A stretch of 62,889 nucleotides of DNA, filler included, from Stramenopiles sp. TOSAG23-3 (taxonomy: Eukaryota), in assembly GCA_900128585.1 (NCBI GenBank). It is 7 parts of 7 records of this genome, joined end to end, with 100 filler letters (N's around TTAATTAATTAA, not from the genome) between each part and the next. Parts side by side here need not be neighbours in the genome. Positions count along the whole stretch, not along the records: positions 20,539 to 30,642 come from LT642846.1; positions 30,743 to 40,840 come from LT642847.1; 5 more parts are not named here. One strand, 5' to 3'. The notes under the pieces are model-generated. The model saw nothing but the letters and a program-made list of their open reading frames with translations. It did not search any database and was not told the DNA's origin. Shown here one piece after another: positions 22,711-33,931 of this stretch (the stretch's first letter is position 1; each line of letters opens with the position of its first letter). Both the position numbers and the translations under genes were made by a program.

Positions 22711-23229
22711 CATTACGTACGTACGTTGGGTGTGATTCAAGCGGAGCGGACACAGGGTATTTTTTGCTCTCCTAGTATTATACTTTTTAGTTTTTTATTG
22801 CATACTTGTGAATATTATCGAAGAAAGAGAACAAACAAAATCAAAGAAGGGGAATAAAATAATTTTAAAAAATGGTCCGTTACTTTTATTATATATAACA
22901 ACAACGCGTAGGCATCATAATAATAATCCAATTAAATTAAATATAAAAAACAGTACTAACTATTTGTAATATAATAAAATGTACCACCACCACCAACCGG
23001 GGCACACACTTTTCATCTACTAGCTATACTCTAATTACACCCGCCGATTCTATTTATTTTATTATGTCCTGGATGATATTTACCAATGCCTATAAAATAA
23101 GGAGTATATAGATTCATTCGTGTATAATTTTATATCCCAACAGAATATATCTCACAGCCAGGAATCTTCTTCAGGAAACGGTCCTCTTTCCTAGCATAGA
23201 TGGAACATTACTGCTTGAACGCATGACAG

Positions 23230-24501
23230 ATGCAACACAATGCGATAACCCCGCGACGTCGGCGGAGAGTCCGTGCGATTATGGAAGGGGATGAGACACG
23301 TCGAAAGACGAGGCGACATTCTCGGGTCCAATGCCTGAAATACTTTAATGAAGCTTTGGCAGAGATCAAAGACGGGGGTAGTTATATAGAAGAGCTAGAT
23401 ATTGCGGGGTGCGGGGTGCTAACCCCTTCGGACCTGGAGGTGTTGGGGGGAAAATTGATCGAATACAAGTCCGTACATAATATAGTATTGCTAGATCTAT
23501 CCTTCAATAACATCGCTCCCGCTGGGGCAAGAGTCATTGCAAATATTTTGGAGGGGGGACACGGATTTCGCCCCGAGGCATTGACGCTGTGGGGGAATGC
23601 CATCGGCGATGAGGGTGCACTCTGCTTGTCGCACGCATTGAGCACTAACATATGCCTTGAAAAGCTCAACATCGCAGAAAATGGAATTAGCAATGACGGG
23701 GCAACCTACATGGCCGACATGTTAGAGTTCAATGACACGGTAAAGGAATTGGTCATGTTTGGTAATCAAATTTCATCTATCGGGGCGAGTGCACTTTGCT
23801 CTGTCTTAGAAAATACAAATTGTTCGCTGGTTGTACTAGACATTCGATTCAATTTAATAGAATCCGAAGTAGTGTCCCAACGGCTTGTCCGTTTAGTGGA
23901 AAAACGAACTCAACAAATGCAGAGTATATCGTTCATAGTAAAGTCCAGTTTTCAAGCGGATGCAAAAGCGTTCCGAAACTACCTCGATAATATTGGTGCG
24001 ATCACGGAAATGACCGAGGAAAGAGAACGTCGCAAGCAATCAGCTAAGAAGCAGTTGGCAAAAGCACGCAGGAAAAGAAAAAAGTACATAGAAGACTACA
24101 TTGTGGCGCACAGACCAACTTGGATCAAACTTTGGAAACATTCACGGGCACGAAACAAAATCCCAAAGCCAATGGCGCGATTTTTTAAACGTCATGGTCT
24201 GGGGAAACACCTGGCAAGAAACATTTTAGGCATGCCCAAGAAAACGAAGAAGTACTGGGAAAACAATTCTTCAGACGAAGAGGACAATTGCAATTTTGAA
24301 GCGGAGAGGCAGACGGTAGAGTACAAACAAGGCTGTTACAAGCACGATCCCGATGCTGTCCTTGACTTGAGCCAGCGGAATGATGATGATCAGCGGTCTA
24401 CCGGGAACTGGGCGAGTTCTATACTGAATAAAATTCATGATCGAGTCAAGAAATTCAAGAACAAAAAAATGAAATATCTCCTGAAAACCATGTCCCCGTA
24501 A
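23230..24501 (+). CDS. RNI-like leucine-rich-repeat protein with basic C-terminus
   Basis: 28-aa repeats LDLSFNNIAPAGA, LTLWGNAIGDEGA, LNIAENGISNDGA and LVMFGNQISSIGA. Confidence 0.88.
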   Translation: MQHNAITPRRRRRVRAIMEGDETRRKTRRHSRVQCLKYFNEALAEIKDGGSYIEELDIAGCGVLTPSDLEVLGGKLIEYKSVHNIVLLDLSFNNIAPAGARVIANILEGGHGFRPEALTLWGNAIGDEGALCLSHALSTNICLEKLNIAENGISNDGATYMADMLEFNDTVKELVMFGNQISSIGASALCSVLENTNCSLVVLDIRFNLIESEVVSQRLVRLVEKRTQQMQSISFIVKSSFQADAKAFRNYLDNIGAITEMTEERERRKQSAKKQLAKARRKRKKYIEDYIVAHRPTWIKLWKHSRARNKIPKPMARFFKRHGLGKHLARNILGMPKKTKKYWENNSSDEEDNCNFEAERQTVEYKQGCYKHDPDAVLDLSQRNDDDQRSTGNWASSILNKIHDRVKKFKNKKMKYLLKTMSP

Positions 24502-25036
24502 CTACAGAGTTGTATTGGCAGGCAAAAACATTATTCATAAATGCGCAGATTATTAGATAATCCTAGATATAGATTAACTTCTTTTCTTATATTATTTTTT
24601 CTGTACGTTATTAAAAAATATATTGTGTCATATTATTAATGAACGAGATTTAAACCATCAGTAATTAAGGTAAACTATACGAGCCTTTGGCATACAATAT
24701 ATTTATCAATGAGTTTACTAAATAACAGTATTCCCTCATAGAATCGCAACCCCTTAAATATATATTTAACTATTTGTACAAAACTCGGACGACGAAGGGA
24801 TAGAGGACAACGTGTGTTGTAATAAAATTCCATATTCTCTATATTGTTCGAGAAAGATCGCCTGATGAAATATGAACGAAATCACTTGAACATGTATACC
24901 ATTTGAGTCCTTCGTTCTCTTTTTCAAAACATTTACAACTAAATGCTTGTGCATATTTTCAAGAACAACCAGATCAAACACACCATCATTTGTGTCTACT
25001 TGTGAGTTGGAAGGGCAGGACCCATTATACATATAG

Positions 25037-28000
25037 ATGGCAGCCGCGACTGTACCGGGGGACATCAAGGCCTTGTTCACTCGCAACGAATACAATAGAT
25101 TACTTGCAGTCTTTTCCAAAGCAGATAAGAATAGGGACGGCGTTTTAAACCACGATGAAACCAAGGCTCTATTTCAGGAACTTGACAACTTCCAGGTCGA
25201 AGCGGACCAGATAGAAAACATTCTGCACGGGATGGATCAGGATGGAGATGGACAGGTCAGTTTCGAAGAATTTTTGCTCATGGTTGCCGCTGTCGCATAC
25301 AAATTAGATGCCAAGCTCTCGTCGATATTTAACGCATACGTACATTACAACGCGACGAGCAACGGCGCAGCCGATGCAAAGAAAGGAAGGCGCATGTCCA
25401 TGGAATCAAAACGACGGTATTTTGCGAATCGGGCAAAGAAAGCAGGACAAACAAGGACGTCATTGCTTATTGAAAACCATAAGATCAACAACATTAAAGT
25501 AATTGGCAACATTCGTCCGTCGTCACCACGGTTCCAGCACATAAACAGGGTCCGAACGCCTCAAAGCGAAGAAGGGGAGTACAATTCGCAGGTGTGCTCG
25601 GACATTGACATATACTTTCTCGACGGTGCCAAAGAGAAATTTAAAATTACCATCCACTCTACCATAAAGCACCTGTGTGTACAAATAAAATGCCGTCTTT
25701 TGCTACAGAACGATTCCGAATTTTCACTGTTCCATTATCGAAACAATGGTATCAAAAAATGGTTTTTCGACGAGACGGCAAATATAATGACTATCGTCGA
25801 TCGGTTCCAAGCAGGGAAAGAAGACCGCTTGGTATTTAGAAGAAATTTGTATGTACCCTGGAGCCAATTTGAAATGGAGGCGAAAACCAGTGCGTCCGCC
25901 CATCGCCTGCAGTATGCAGAAATACTCCATAGAATTCTTGCCGATGCCTACCGTCCCCACGTTGGGCGAAGTATAGAACTGGCAGCGCTGTTGTTAATGG
26001 GCGACCTGGGATCGTACGACATTTTTCAGTCCGTTGATTTGGTCGATCATTTGCAAAATTACGTGCCAGACCGACTCTTGGAATTGTATAAATGCGACAA
26101 AGAGTCGCTGGCGGATCGTATTTTAGAGGAGTTCAAGAGCATCTGCGCCCCCGAGGCTGTCCCGTTCGTTGACGACCCTTCAGAATCCCTAGAGTCCTCC
26201 CCGCTAGAAGCGCGTGTTCAAAAAGTATTCAATGACATTATTGGGGAAGTATACGCAGTTCCGTATGAACAATTAGACCTTTCCCAGATAAAAGTAGTCA
26301 ATTTACTAATTAAAAACATGTCCGGCGTGATTGTCGACGAAAAGCGGTGTGAAGGAATTATGGACGAATGCGGTGCCACGGAAGCGGTGATTTTCGCCAT
26401 ACATGGGATGAAGGCATTGCATGCCTCCCGGTCCCAGGGCAATGCGAACGTTGGCGCTGTATGGAAAGGAAAGAGCACTGCCCACAAAACGCTTTGGGCG
26501 TGGTTTTGCCAAGTGGAATCAGAAATGAAACGCCAAGGGGTTCTGTTTGATTGGGACTTGGAGGACGATCCCCATAGCGAGCAGAATATTTGTTGTGGGC
26601 TTCACATGGATCCCTGCCTTTTGGTTGACACCCCGGGTGAAGTATGGGCGCAAAAGCAGCTTTTACGGCAATGCAGCATGTGGTTTCAAGAAATGTACTG
26701 CAGTATATTCTTTGACGTGAAATACTTGCGGATGGATCGAAGCGAGGTAGGAGAAGACATGGACTTACAAATTGAGAGCATGAAAAATACTTCGGTCGGG
26801 TTGGGGCATTGTGGGATACACCAGCTTGAAGAAATTGTCGACATGGACGGTAGGTCTCATACGGAAATTACGACCATTCGCTACGAACAGCTCACAAAAT
26901 GGGGCACAATGGGGGATGTATTTGTCATGTGGCTGCAGGATAATGTTTACTTCTTTTACGATCACCAGTGTGCACACTTGATCGAAATATTGCTTCATGC
27001 TTACGTGGATGAATTCATGTCCCAAACTGACGAGTCCTCCATCAAAACTTCCCCGTCTCGCATCTGGCAAGAAACCGATTTGAGGCAATTGTTTGAAAAA
27101 TTTGACCTTGATAAATCAGGAGTTTTGGAACAGAACGAAATTCAGAACTTGCTGGTTACTCTTGGGAAGCCCATCTCTGGTAGCAAGTTGCTGGATGTCA
27201 TGAAAGCAATGGACACATCGGGCGCAAAAACAATTGGATACGAGCAGTTCAAGGAGTGGTGGACATCTGCAGAGGGAAACACAGTCGAAAATAGAAAACA
27301 CGCCGTCAGCGAGGGATTGGAACAGTCATTGAATGAATCTCTAGTTGCCGGCAACGCAGCGACACGGTCCAGGGGCCGAACGGTGGATGCGCTAAACGTG
27401 GATCCCAGGCGGCGTCCCAATTACCGGGCGGCAGCAAGCGCCCCCCCCACTGTTGCTGAGACAGGAGAAAGCAACGATAGCAGCTCAAGCTCAGGCAGTG
27501 AGAGCAGCAGTTCAGCTTCGGATAGTGAAAGCAGCAGTTCCGAAAATAGCAGCAGTTCCGATTCGGAAGAGGGCTTGGAAACCCGGCCACAACTATCCCC
27601 TGGGCGTAATCCAGACATCAACGCAGAAGACACCAACAGCGACTCGGGAAATGACAGCAGCAGTTCAGAGTCAATCGAGATTCGTTCCCCTACGCCGACA
27701 ACAAAGGTTCCGCGATCTCTAAAACGTTTTGAGAATAACGTTGCTCAGAAAACTAGAGCAGCGCCCCGCCCCTCACTTAAAACTCGTGCAGCTCACAAAC
27801 GAATTAAAAACACGAATGCAACTGATTCTAAACCAGTGCCCCAATTGAAAAGCGCTGACGTTCGGAAGCGAAAACCGAACCCTTCTCAAACTGAAAAGAA
27901 CGCCGTCCTGAATGAGGAAACGTCTTTGTTGTCGGACAAATTTTCCGAAGGACTAGAGAGGATGGAAATTATTCATAGCTCGCTCGATCTGCAGGCCATG

Positions 28001-28093
28001 GAAGACGACGAGAGAGAGGCAAATAATAATAAAAAGAAACCTTTCGACCTCTTCGGGTTCTTGACATTTGGTTGTTGCGCTAGCGAGAGGTGA
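25037..28093 (+). CDS. EF-hand / FERM / EF-hand protein with Ser-rich tail
   Basis: N-terminal EF pair DKNRDGVLNHDE and DQDGDGQVSFEE. FERM F1 (IYFLDGAKEKF..FSLF..LVFRR), F2 (LQYAEI..LAALLL..YVP) and F3 (VGLGHCGIH..YEQLTKWG). Second EF pair DLDKSGVLEQNE and DTSGAKTIGYEQF. Confidence 0.85.
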   Translation: MAAATVPGDIKALFTRNEYNRLLAVFSKADKNRDGVLNHDETKALFQELDNFQVEADQIENILHGMDQDGDGQVSFEEFLLMVAAVAYKLDAKLSSIFNAYVHYNATSNGAADAKKGRRMSMESKRRYFANRAKKAGQTRTSLLIENHKINNIKVIGNIRPSSPRFQHINRVRTPQSEEGEYNSQVCSDIDIYFLDGAKEKFKITIHSTIKHLCVQIKCRLLLQNDSEFSLFHYRNNGIKKWFFDETANIMTIVDRFQAGKEDRLVFRRNLYVPWSQFEMEAKTSASAHRLQYAEILHRILADAYRPHVGRSIELAALLLMGDLGSYDIFQSVDLVDHLQNYVPDRLLELYKCDKESLADRILEEFKSICAPEAVPFVDDPSESLESSPLEARVQKVFNDIIGEVYAVPYEQLDLSQIKVVNLLIKNMSGVIVDEKRCEGIMDECGATEAVIFAIHGMKALHASRSQGNANVGAVWKGKSTAHKTLWAWFCQVESEMKRQGVLFDWDLEDDPHSEQNICCGLHMDPCLLVDTPGEVWAQKQLLRQCSMWFQEMYCSIFFDVKYLRMDRSEVGEDMDLQIESMKNTSVGLGHCGIHQLEEIVDMDGRSHTEITTIRYEQLTKWGTMGDVFVMWLQDNVYFFYDHQCAHLIEILLHAYVDEFMSQTDESSIKTSPSRIWQETDLRQLFEKFDLDKSGVLEQNEIQNLLVTLGKPISGSKLLDVMKAMDTSGAKTIGYEQFKEWWTSAEGNTVENRKHAVSEGLEQSLNESLVAGNAATRSRGRTVDALNVDPRRRPNYRAAASAPPTVAETGESNDSSSSSGSESSSSASDSESSSSENSSSSDSEEGLETRPQLSPGRNPDINAEDTNSDSGNDSSSSESIEIRSPTPTTKVPRSLKRFENNVAQKTRAAPRPSLKTRAAHKRIKNTNATDSKPVPQLKSADVRKRKPNPSQTEKNAVLNEETSLLSDKFSEGLERMEIIHSSLDLQAMEDDEREANNNKKKPFDLFGFLTFGCCASER

Positions 28094-28431
28094 AAAAACA
28101 AGCTGCTTGTTGTATATTTGACACACAATCATCATCATACGATATTATATGATGCTGTGTGAATGTTAAAAAAAAAACAATATTTCGTATAATATTATAT
28201 TTTTTGTGCATGATGATGATGAGCTATGGTGTGATGATGATGCAAACAAAACAACAACAAAAAAAAACAGTTTTTTGTTTTTGATGTTTTCAAAAATAAT
28301 AATGTTATTTTGAAGGATTACTATACCAAGAAAGAAAAGAGGAAAGTGTACTTTTGGAATTTAATATGGAAAAACAAATGTGTATGATGGATTTTTATTC
28401 CAATGCAAAGTGGGATAATCGGTCATAAGCA

Positions 28432-30240
28432 ATGTTTTCCTGTTTTCTTTTCGCGCTTGTGTGCGTTACATGGACGCGGGGGATCCATGCGGAAAGTTGG
28501 GACTGTAGCGCAAGCAGTGGCGTCCATGTGCAGTGGGTTGACTGCACAATGGCAAAGGAAGTTGTGGTCGATGGTGATCTCCAAATCACGGGACGGGAGT
28601 CTAGTTGTTCAAAAATTGTTGCCAGCATAGGCGATCGCCATTTTTCAATTCTGGCGGGTTCGCCTACGTTGACACTGAAGTGGTTGAATTTGACTGGTGG
28701 CCGCGTTGTAGGCGTGCACGGAAAAGGCGGGTCTGTGAATGTTGGCGCAGGGGCAATACTAAGAATAGAAAATTCTGTCTTTTTCCACAACTATGCAGAG
28801 GAGTGCGGTGGTGCGATCAACGTTGATCATAACATGGCCCTTGTTTCAGTTTTGGAGACGGAGTTTGTGGAGAACAGGGCGGCTTGGGGGGGCGCAATTT
28901 TTATCGAAGAGGGAAGTTTGTCTGGGTTGGATTTGTCAACGCTTGGGCCGACGGAAACGATAACGGTAAACCATACATTAGTGCTTTCCTGCGTGCCGCA
29001 CAAAATGGGGATCTGTACTAAAATATTTAAGGGTTTCATCGATGACACTTCGGTAAACTCGTTGAATGACGATTCCCTTCCCACGGATACCAAGAGCTTC
29101 CAAAACGAGAGAAGTTCATACAGAAAAATCAGTGCAAGCAGCCTTCCGAAAGGGATGCAAATTGGAATAGACCAGGTAAAAGCAGTCCTGGAAAAGCTAC
29201 CGACGGATGGAGACTTGCTTGTTTGGGGACTTGGGCATGACAGCAAATTTTGGAGGGAACAGACGACAGGGCGAGTTGTATTTCTTGAAAATCACGAGGA
29301 ATGGTTGAAGAAAATCACGGCTCTAAATCCCGACCTAGAAGTCTACCGTGTTCAGTACAACACGACCGTGGCGAAGTCGTTCCCGCATTACTCAAAACAT
29401 CCTGAACGATGGCCTGAACTGGACCTTCGTGGCCAACTCCCAACGTCTGTGTCGGGGCAGCATTGGGATGTCATTTTAGTAGATGCGCCGCAGGGATATT
29501 GTGACAAATGTCCTGGTCGGTGTGCAAGCATCTGGACGGCCGCAAAACTTTCTTCCACAAACCTGTTTCTTGACGACCTTGGCCGGCACCTCGAGTTCCA
29601 CATGTCTCACGAAATGCTGGGGGAGCCCGATGGTGTATATGTGAGGGAGCATGGAAGTCTGATGGGGCACTTTATTCGTGGGGAACAGGCAAATATTGCT
29701 GTTCAACATTTACCGCGAACACTTCACTTTGTTTGGATGCAGAGAAATCTATTAGAAGATCAGTTGGTTTCTGAAAAAGAGGTCGAAAGTGCGCAGAATA
29801 TACGCAAAATACAGGCGTTGAACCCGGAGTATGAGGTTCGCCTTTACGACGATGAAGCGTGCGCGTTGGAATGTCAGAACGCTGGTGTTGCAGGGCTGTA
29901 CGAGTTATATTGTGACGTGCAAACGTGGTCAAGGCGTGGGCCCCCGGCATGGGCAAAGATGGCACGAGTGTGCCAGTTGGCTCTGCTATACAACCATGGG
30001 GGGGTGTACATGAACGTCAGCGTGGAAGTTGGGACACCGATCTCAAAGTTTTTGGACCCCAGTGCGAAGTACTTGCCGGCAACATCCATTTGCGGGGCTA
30101 ACCAGGAGGGCCTGTTTTCCATTTCGGGGAGTCTTCCTAGGCACAGCTATCTGTTTCACTCCATGGAGTTGATGGTCAAATTATGGGATAATAGCAGTGG
30201 AGAATTTGAAGGGTTATCGGAGTATTGCTCGGGGTTATAA
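28432..30240 (+). CDS. Secretory-pathway multidomain protein: beta-helix-like GGAI repeats + DUF579 polysaccharide O-methyltransferase + degenerate GT32 glycosyltransferase
   Basis: Signal peptide; FxxN..GGAI repeats. DUF579 motifs LLVWGLGHDS, RVVFLEN..EW, WDVILVDAPQGY and PGRCASIWTA. GT32 motifs LPRTLHFVW, LNPEYEVRLYDD and LLYNHGGVY. Confidence 0.82.
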   Translation: MFSCFLFALVCVTWTRGIHAESWDCSASSGVHVQWVDCTMAKEVVVDGDLQITGRESSCSKIVASIGDRHFSILAGSPTLTLKWLNLTGGRVVGVHGKGGSVNVGAGAILRIENSVFFHNYAEECGGAINVDHNMALVSVLETEFVENRAAWGGAIFIEEGSLSGLDLSTLGPTETITVNHTLVLSCVPHKMGICTKIFKGFIDDTSVNSLNDDSLPTDTKSFQNERSSYRKISASSLPKGMQIGIDQVKAVLEKLPTDGDLLVWGLGHDSKFWREQTTGRVVFLENHEEWLKKITALNPDLEVYRVQYNTTVAKSFPHYSKHPERWPELDLRGQLPTSVSGQHWDVILVDAPQGYCDKCPGRCASIWTAAKLSSTNLFLDDLGRHLEFHMSHEMLGEPDGVYVREHGSLMGHFIRGEQANIAVQHLPRTLHFVWMQRNLLEDQLVSEKEVESAQNIRKIQALNPEYEVRLYDDEACALECQNAGVAGLYELYCDVQTWSRRGPPAWAKMARVCQLALLYNHGGVYMNVSVEVGTPISKFLDPSAKYLPATSICGANQEGLFSISGSLPRHSYLFHSMELMVKLWDNSSGEFEGLSEYCSGL

Positions 30241-30742
30241 TCCCATAATAAAGACATCATCTATAATTAAAGAATTTTAAACAGGCCGCGGAACAGGCAC
30301 GGTTCGTTACGGTGTGGTGTAATTTCTTTTTTTTTTGAATTATAAAAACTATTATATTCGCGAAGTGACAAAGTAAACCTCTTCTACTATTTACACACAG
30401 CATATATTATATAATCCCGAATTGAATGACATATATCGTCGTGGCTTATTTTGTCCAGCTCTATCTCAAATCGGCGGTACCCTGAGCTACTCCTTCTCTC
30501 CTCCTCACTCATTCTTCCTCTTCTCTCCTCTTCTTCTCTTCCTTCTTCTTTTTTTTTTTTTTTTTGACTTCTTCTTCGTTCGTCGCGAAGAAAGAAGGAA
30601 AATATATTAAGAATATTTTGTTGGGATTCGCGTTGTATTTTANNNNNNNNNNNNNNNNNNNNNNNNNNNNNNNNNNNNNNNNNNNNTTAATTAATTAANN
30701 NNNNNNNNNNNNNNNNNNNNNNNNNNNNNNNNNNNNNNNNNN

Positions 30743-30821
30743 CCTCGAAGAAACCTCAAGAACTTGTCATCGGAAACGTTCTCCTCTTGGTCCTTCAACG
30801 GAGAAGCGCTCAGCACCTCTT
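30743..30821 (-). repeat. 79-bp inverted copy of Sec14 coding sequence (34068-34146) at the scaffold tip; likely chimera or assembly artefact
   Basis: Exact reverse complement; translates to EVLSASPLKDQEENVSDDKFLRFLR. Confidence 0.92.
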
Positions 30822-32506
30822 TCCTGCTATGGCATCTTTCGTTTTTCCCGACGCTTCGGCTGCAGGTTCCGGAATGGGGGGGGCTCCTGTTTCTGCGCAT
30901 TCGAGATGTCTCGGTGGAGGACAACTTTGTCGACTTAGGACTGCACGAAGAAGTGTGGGTTCCGACCGAGGACTTGTCGTCCTTGATATGCAAAACCCTG
31001 TTCAACGTCGACTACAACGACGTGGACGCGATTGGGACCAACTTAGACGTGGAAGGCACGAACCCGTTGGTGTACCCAATAGCGTCCCTGTCGAGCACCC
31101 CAAGCCTGTTCAAGGACATACCGAACATCTCGAGCATAGAGTGGGTCCCCCTGTTTTTTAGCGAAACGTCTGGCCGGTACTTTTACTTTGGCAACAAGCG
31201 GGAAATCATTTTTATCGACCTCGAGAAGCCGACGTTGCCCGTGGAGGGCCGGGGAAGACCGATGACCGCCGCCTCTAGCGACCAGGCCCGTGGGGCCCAG
31301 AGGTTTCGTCCCACTAGAACGGAAGGGAAGGGGCGGCCGATGACCGCGGCCTCATCTGACAAATCCCACGGGCACCGTCGGCTGCGCCCCACTCGGCAGG
31401 AGGGGGCAGGAAGGCCACTGTCCGCGAGCCCTGGCGACCGCAGAACGTGGGACTCCGCGTACCAGCCGTCGCCGACGGGGGTGCAAAGCATTCGGCCGCT
31501 GAAGTCGGTGGTCGACAAGAACAGCCAGTTTTGGTACCCGATAGGCAACGATGGCAGCGCCGCGCAGAACACAGACGTGGCGGCGTACGCGACCATCAAC
31601 TTGTTCAACGACGACCGCAGCCAGGGCGTTTCGCCGAGCACGATTAGCAACGGTGGGGCCCGCGCAGGGGCGGAGAAGGCGCCGGGGACGGGACAATCCC
31701 CGTGCGTCATCGAGATTGACGGCAATCCTGTCGCCTGGGGGAATGTGCAGGATAATGTGTTCGACATGTACCACTTGGACGACGGGGGCGAGCACGAAAG
31801 CGACTCCGAGCCTCTCTCTAGCAGCAGCAGCAGCAGCAGCAGCAGCACGGACAGGAGAGCCGAACGTTTCGAAGAAGAGCTGTACGCGCGCCTGTACCCC
31901 GAGGCGGGAAGCGCTGCCCCGGGCAACGCGTGGGAAAGCGACGGGGTCTCGTACGAATCGGAAGACATGGACGACGGAAGCTCATTCTGGGACAACGTTG
32001 GAACTAGCACGGAGGCTTTGGCAACTTCAGAAGATTTAGAGCAAAACAGCCAGCGGGGTGCTGCCATCGGGTTTAACGCGGACGGGGAAGAAGGGACGAA
32101 AGGCATCAAAGTGATGAGAAATAACTTTCTCGACGAGAGTCAGGAAAACCGCGGGAGGCAGCAGGGCGAGCCGGTCTCTTCTGATCCGGAAGAAGAGGAG
32201 TTCGATTTGGACGCCCGCATCGGCTGGAGCCTCCCGTCAGACCTGGGCAACACGAGCGATGGCAGCGATGTCTCGGATGGTTGGGTAAAAGTTCAAAATC
32301 CCGCGGGGGAGGACACTGGTGAAAGGGACGACGTCGTCGCGAATGGCGGGGAGCTTAGGGCGAGGGAGGACAACAATGGGGAGCAGAACGGGATCGAGGT
32401 TTTTGAAGACGCGGAAGACGGGTCGCTGTTCTATGGTATGCAGCCCGAGAGTTGGAAAAGCGCGTTGCCCATGCAGCAGCGCGTTCGGGGATTGGGACCG
32501 CTTTGA
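30822..32506 (+). CDS. Hypothetical acidic, low-complexity protein, 5' end missing; three 26-aa EGxGRPMTAxSSD repeats
   Basis: Long open frame with high GC3. It begins at the chimeric junction with no native start, and contains a poly-Ser (AGC)n run at about 31820-31846. Confidence 0.72.
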
Positions 32507-32620
32507 GGAGAGTGCGAAAAGTGTTTTACTATCATGACAACATCAATTAAAAAAAGAGTAACAACCTAAAATCTGAATCTTGTGGAAAAAGAGTAACTTA
32601 ATACCATTCGTACCCATCGT

Positions 32621-33055
32621 TTACGTTGCCGACCGAAACGGTTCCTGCACGTTGTCCATGACTGGGTTCAAGGAAAACGACACCCAGCCATAGGTGATCC
32701 CAATACTCAAATAGACTGCATTTTCATTCGAGTTCCATTTTCCAGTTATTGAAGTCACTACTGTCCCTGCAAATGCATTCATAAGCTCGGGTCCAAAGTC
32801 AAGAGAGAACGTTTTGCTTGCCTCGTCATGCACGGAAAGCCCAAACGGGACATTTTCTATTGCTGTATCTCCAAAAATCGACTGACTCGTCGAAAACACA
32901 TGTAAATTCATTGTGTACAAAGAAACTATTTCAGCCTCCGCACGTATGTACAACCCCAAACCACCACTTCTCCCCGAATACCATGTCTCTGAGATCGGGA
33001 CAACGACCGTGACCCCTCCAATCGTCTGTTCCATTATCAATTTTAACGATGGCAA
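32621..33055 (-). CDS. Small hypothetical beta-rich protein
   Basis: Open frame of 144 codons in a coding-like GC island; first ATG around 33034. Confidence 0.5.
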   Translation of the reverse strand: MPSLKLIMEQTIGGVTVVVPISETWYSGRSGGLGLYIRAEAEIVSLYTMNLHVFSTSQSIFGDTAIENVPFGLSVHDEASKTFSLDFGPELMNAFAGTVVTSITGKWNSNENAVYLSIGITYGWVSFSLNPVMDNVQEPFRSAT

Positions 33056-33931
33056 TTATGATTTGTACTGCACTCAATATATAGTTGTGTTACCTATTTT
33101 CTTTCTGTTCAAATATAATCGACTTGTATGTTTTAAGAATTGTAATACAGTCTATAAAAAAGTTCGATGGGTTGAGAGGGGATATTATTTGTTGAGAGCT
33201 CTTGTTGTTGTGTTGAATTGGTTGATCGATTGAGAGTAAAAAATAAAAAAAAATAAAAATTATTATAGTAATAAATATCTTTCTTCTTTTCTTTCTTCTT
33301 AATAATAATAATATATACAAATAATAGGACTAAATAAAAAAGAATTATAATAGAAGAGAGAGTGAGAGAGAGAAGAGAAGAAGAAGATTTTTTTTGAAGA
33401 TTTTAATAATATAAAAAAAAAAAAAAGAAGAAGTTTTTTTTTTTTTAGAAAGTTGAAGATTAGATATTCGTATTATTATACCTGGTAATAGGAAGATAGT
33501 ATGGAAACAAAGCTTTCATTTCTCTTTCTTTCTTCTTAAAAACAATTATTTAAAAAACAAAAGGCTCCTTCTTTCTTCCTCCGAAACTCCTTTGCTATTC
33601 TTATGCTGTAAGAAAGAAAAGGAGGAGGTTTGTTTCGCTTTGAGAGAAGAAGAAGAAGTAAGAAGAAGAAAAAAGAAAAGAACATCAATCATCATCATGA
33701 AAAAAAAAAAATCAAAACAACAAAACACAATTTATCGTACAAAGTCTACATATACAAAGTATATTCTTCTTTACATATACTACTACGACCATAATTATAA
33801 AAGAATCCTGTTTTGTTCAATTGATATTTACTTCAAGGTAGACCAACCAATCAAAAACCAGGCAGAGAAACCAGCAATTTGTTATATACATATAAGGGTT
33901 GAATCTACCGGAAAATACCAGAGGGAAAAAG

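Noticed and set aside
30743-30821. Apparent second Sec14 copy or N-terminus of the 580-aa ORF
   Set aside because: Exact 79-bp inverted duplicate at a scaffold tip; best explained as a chimera or assembly artefact.
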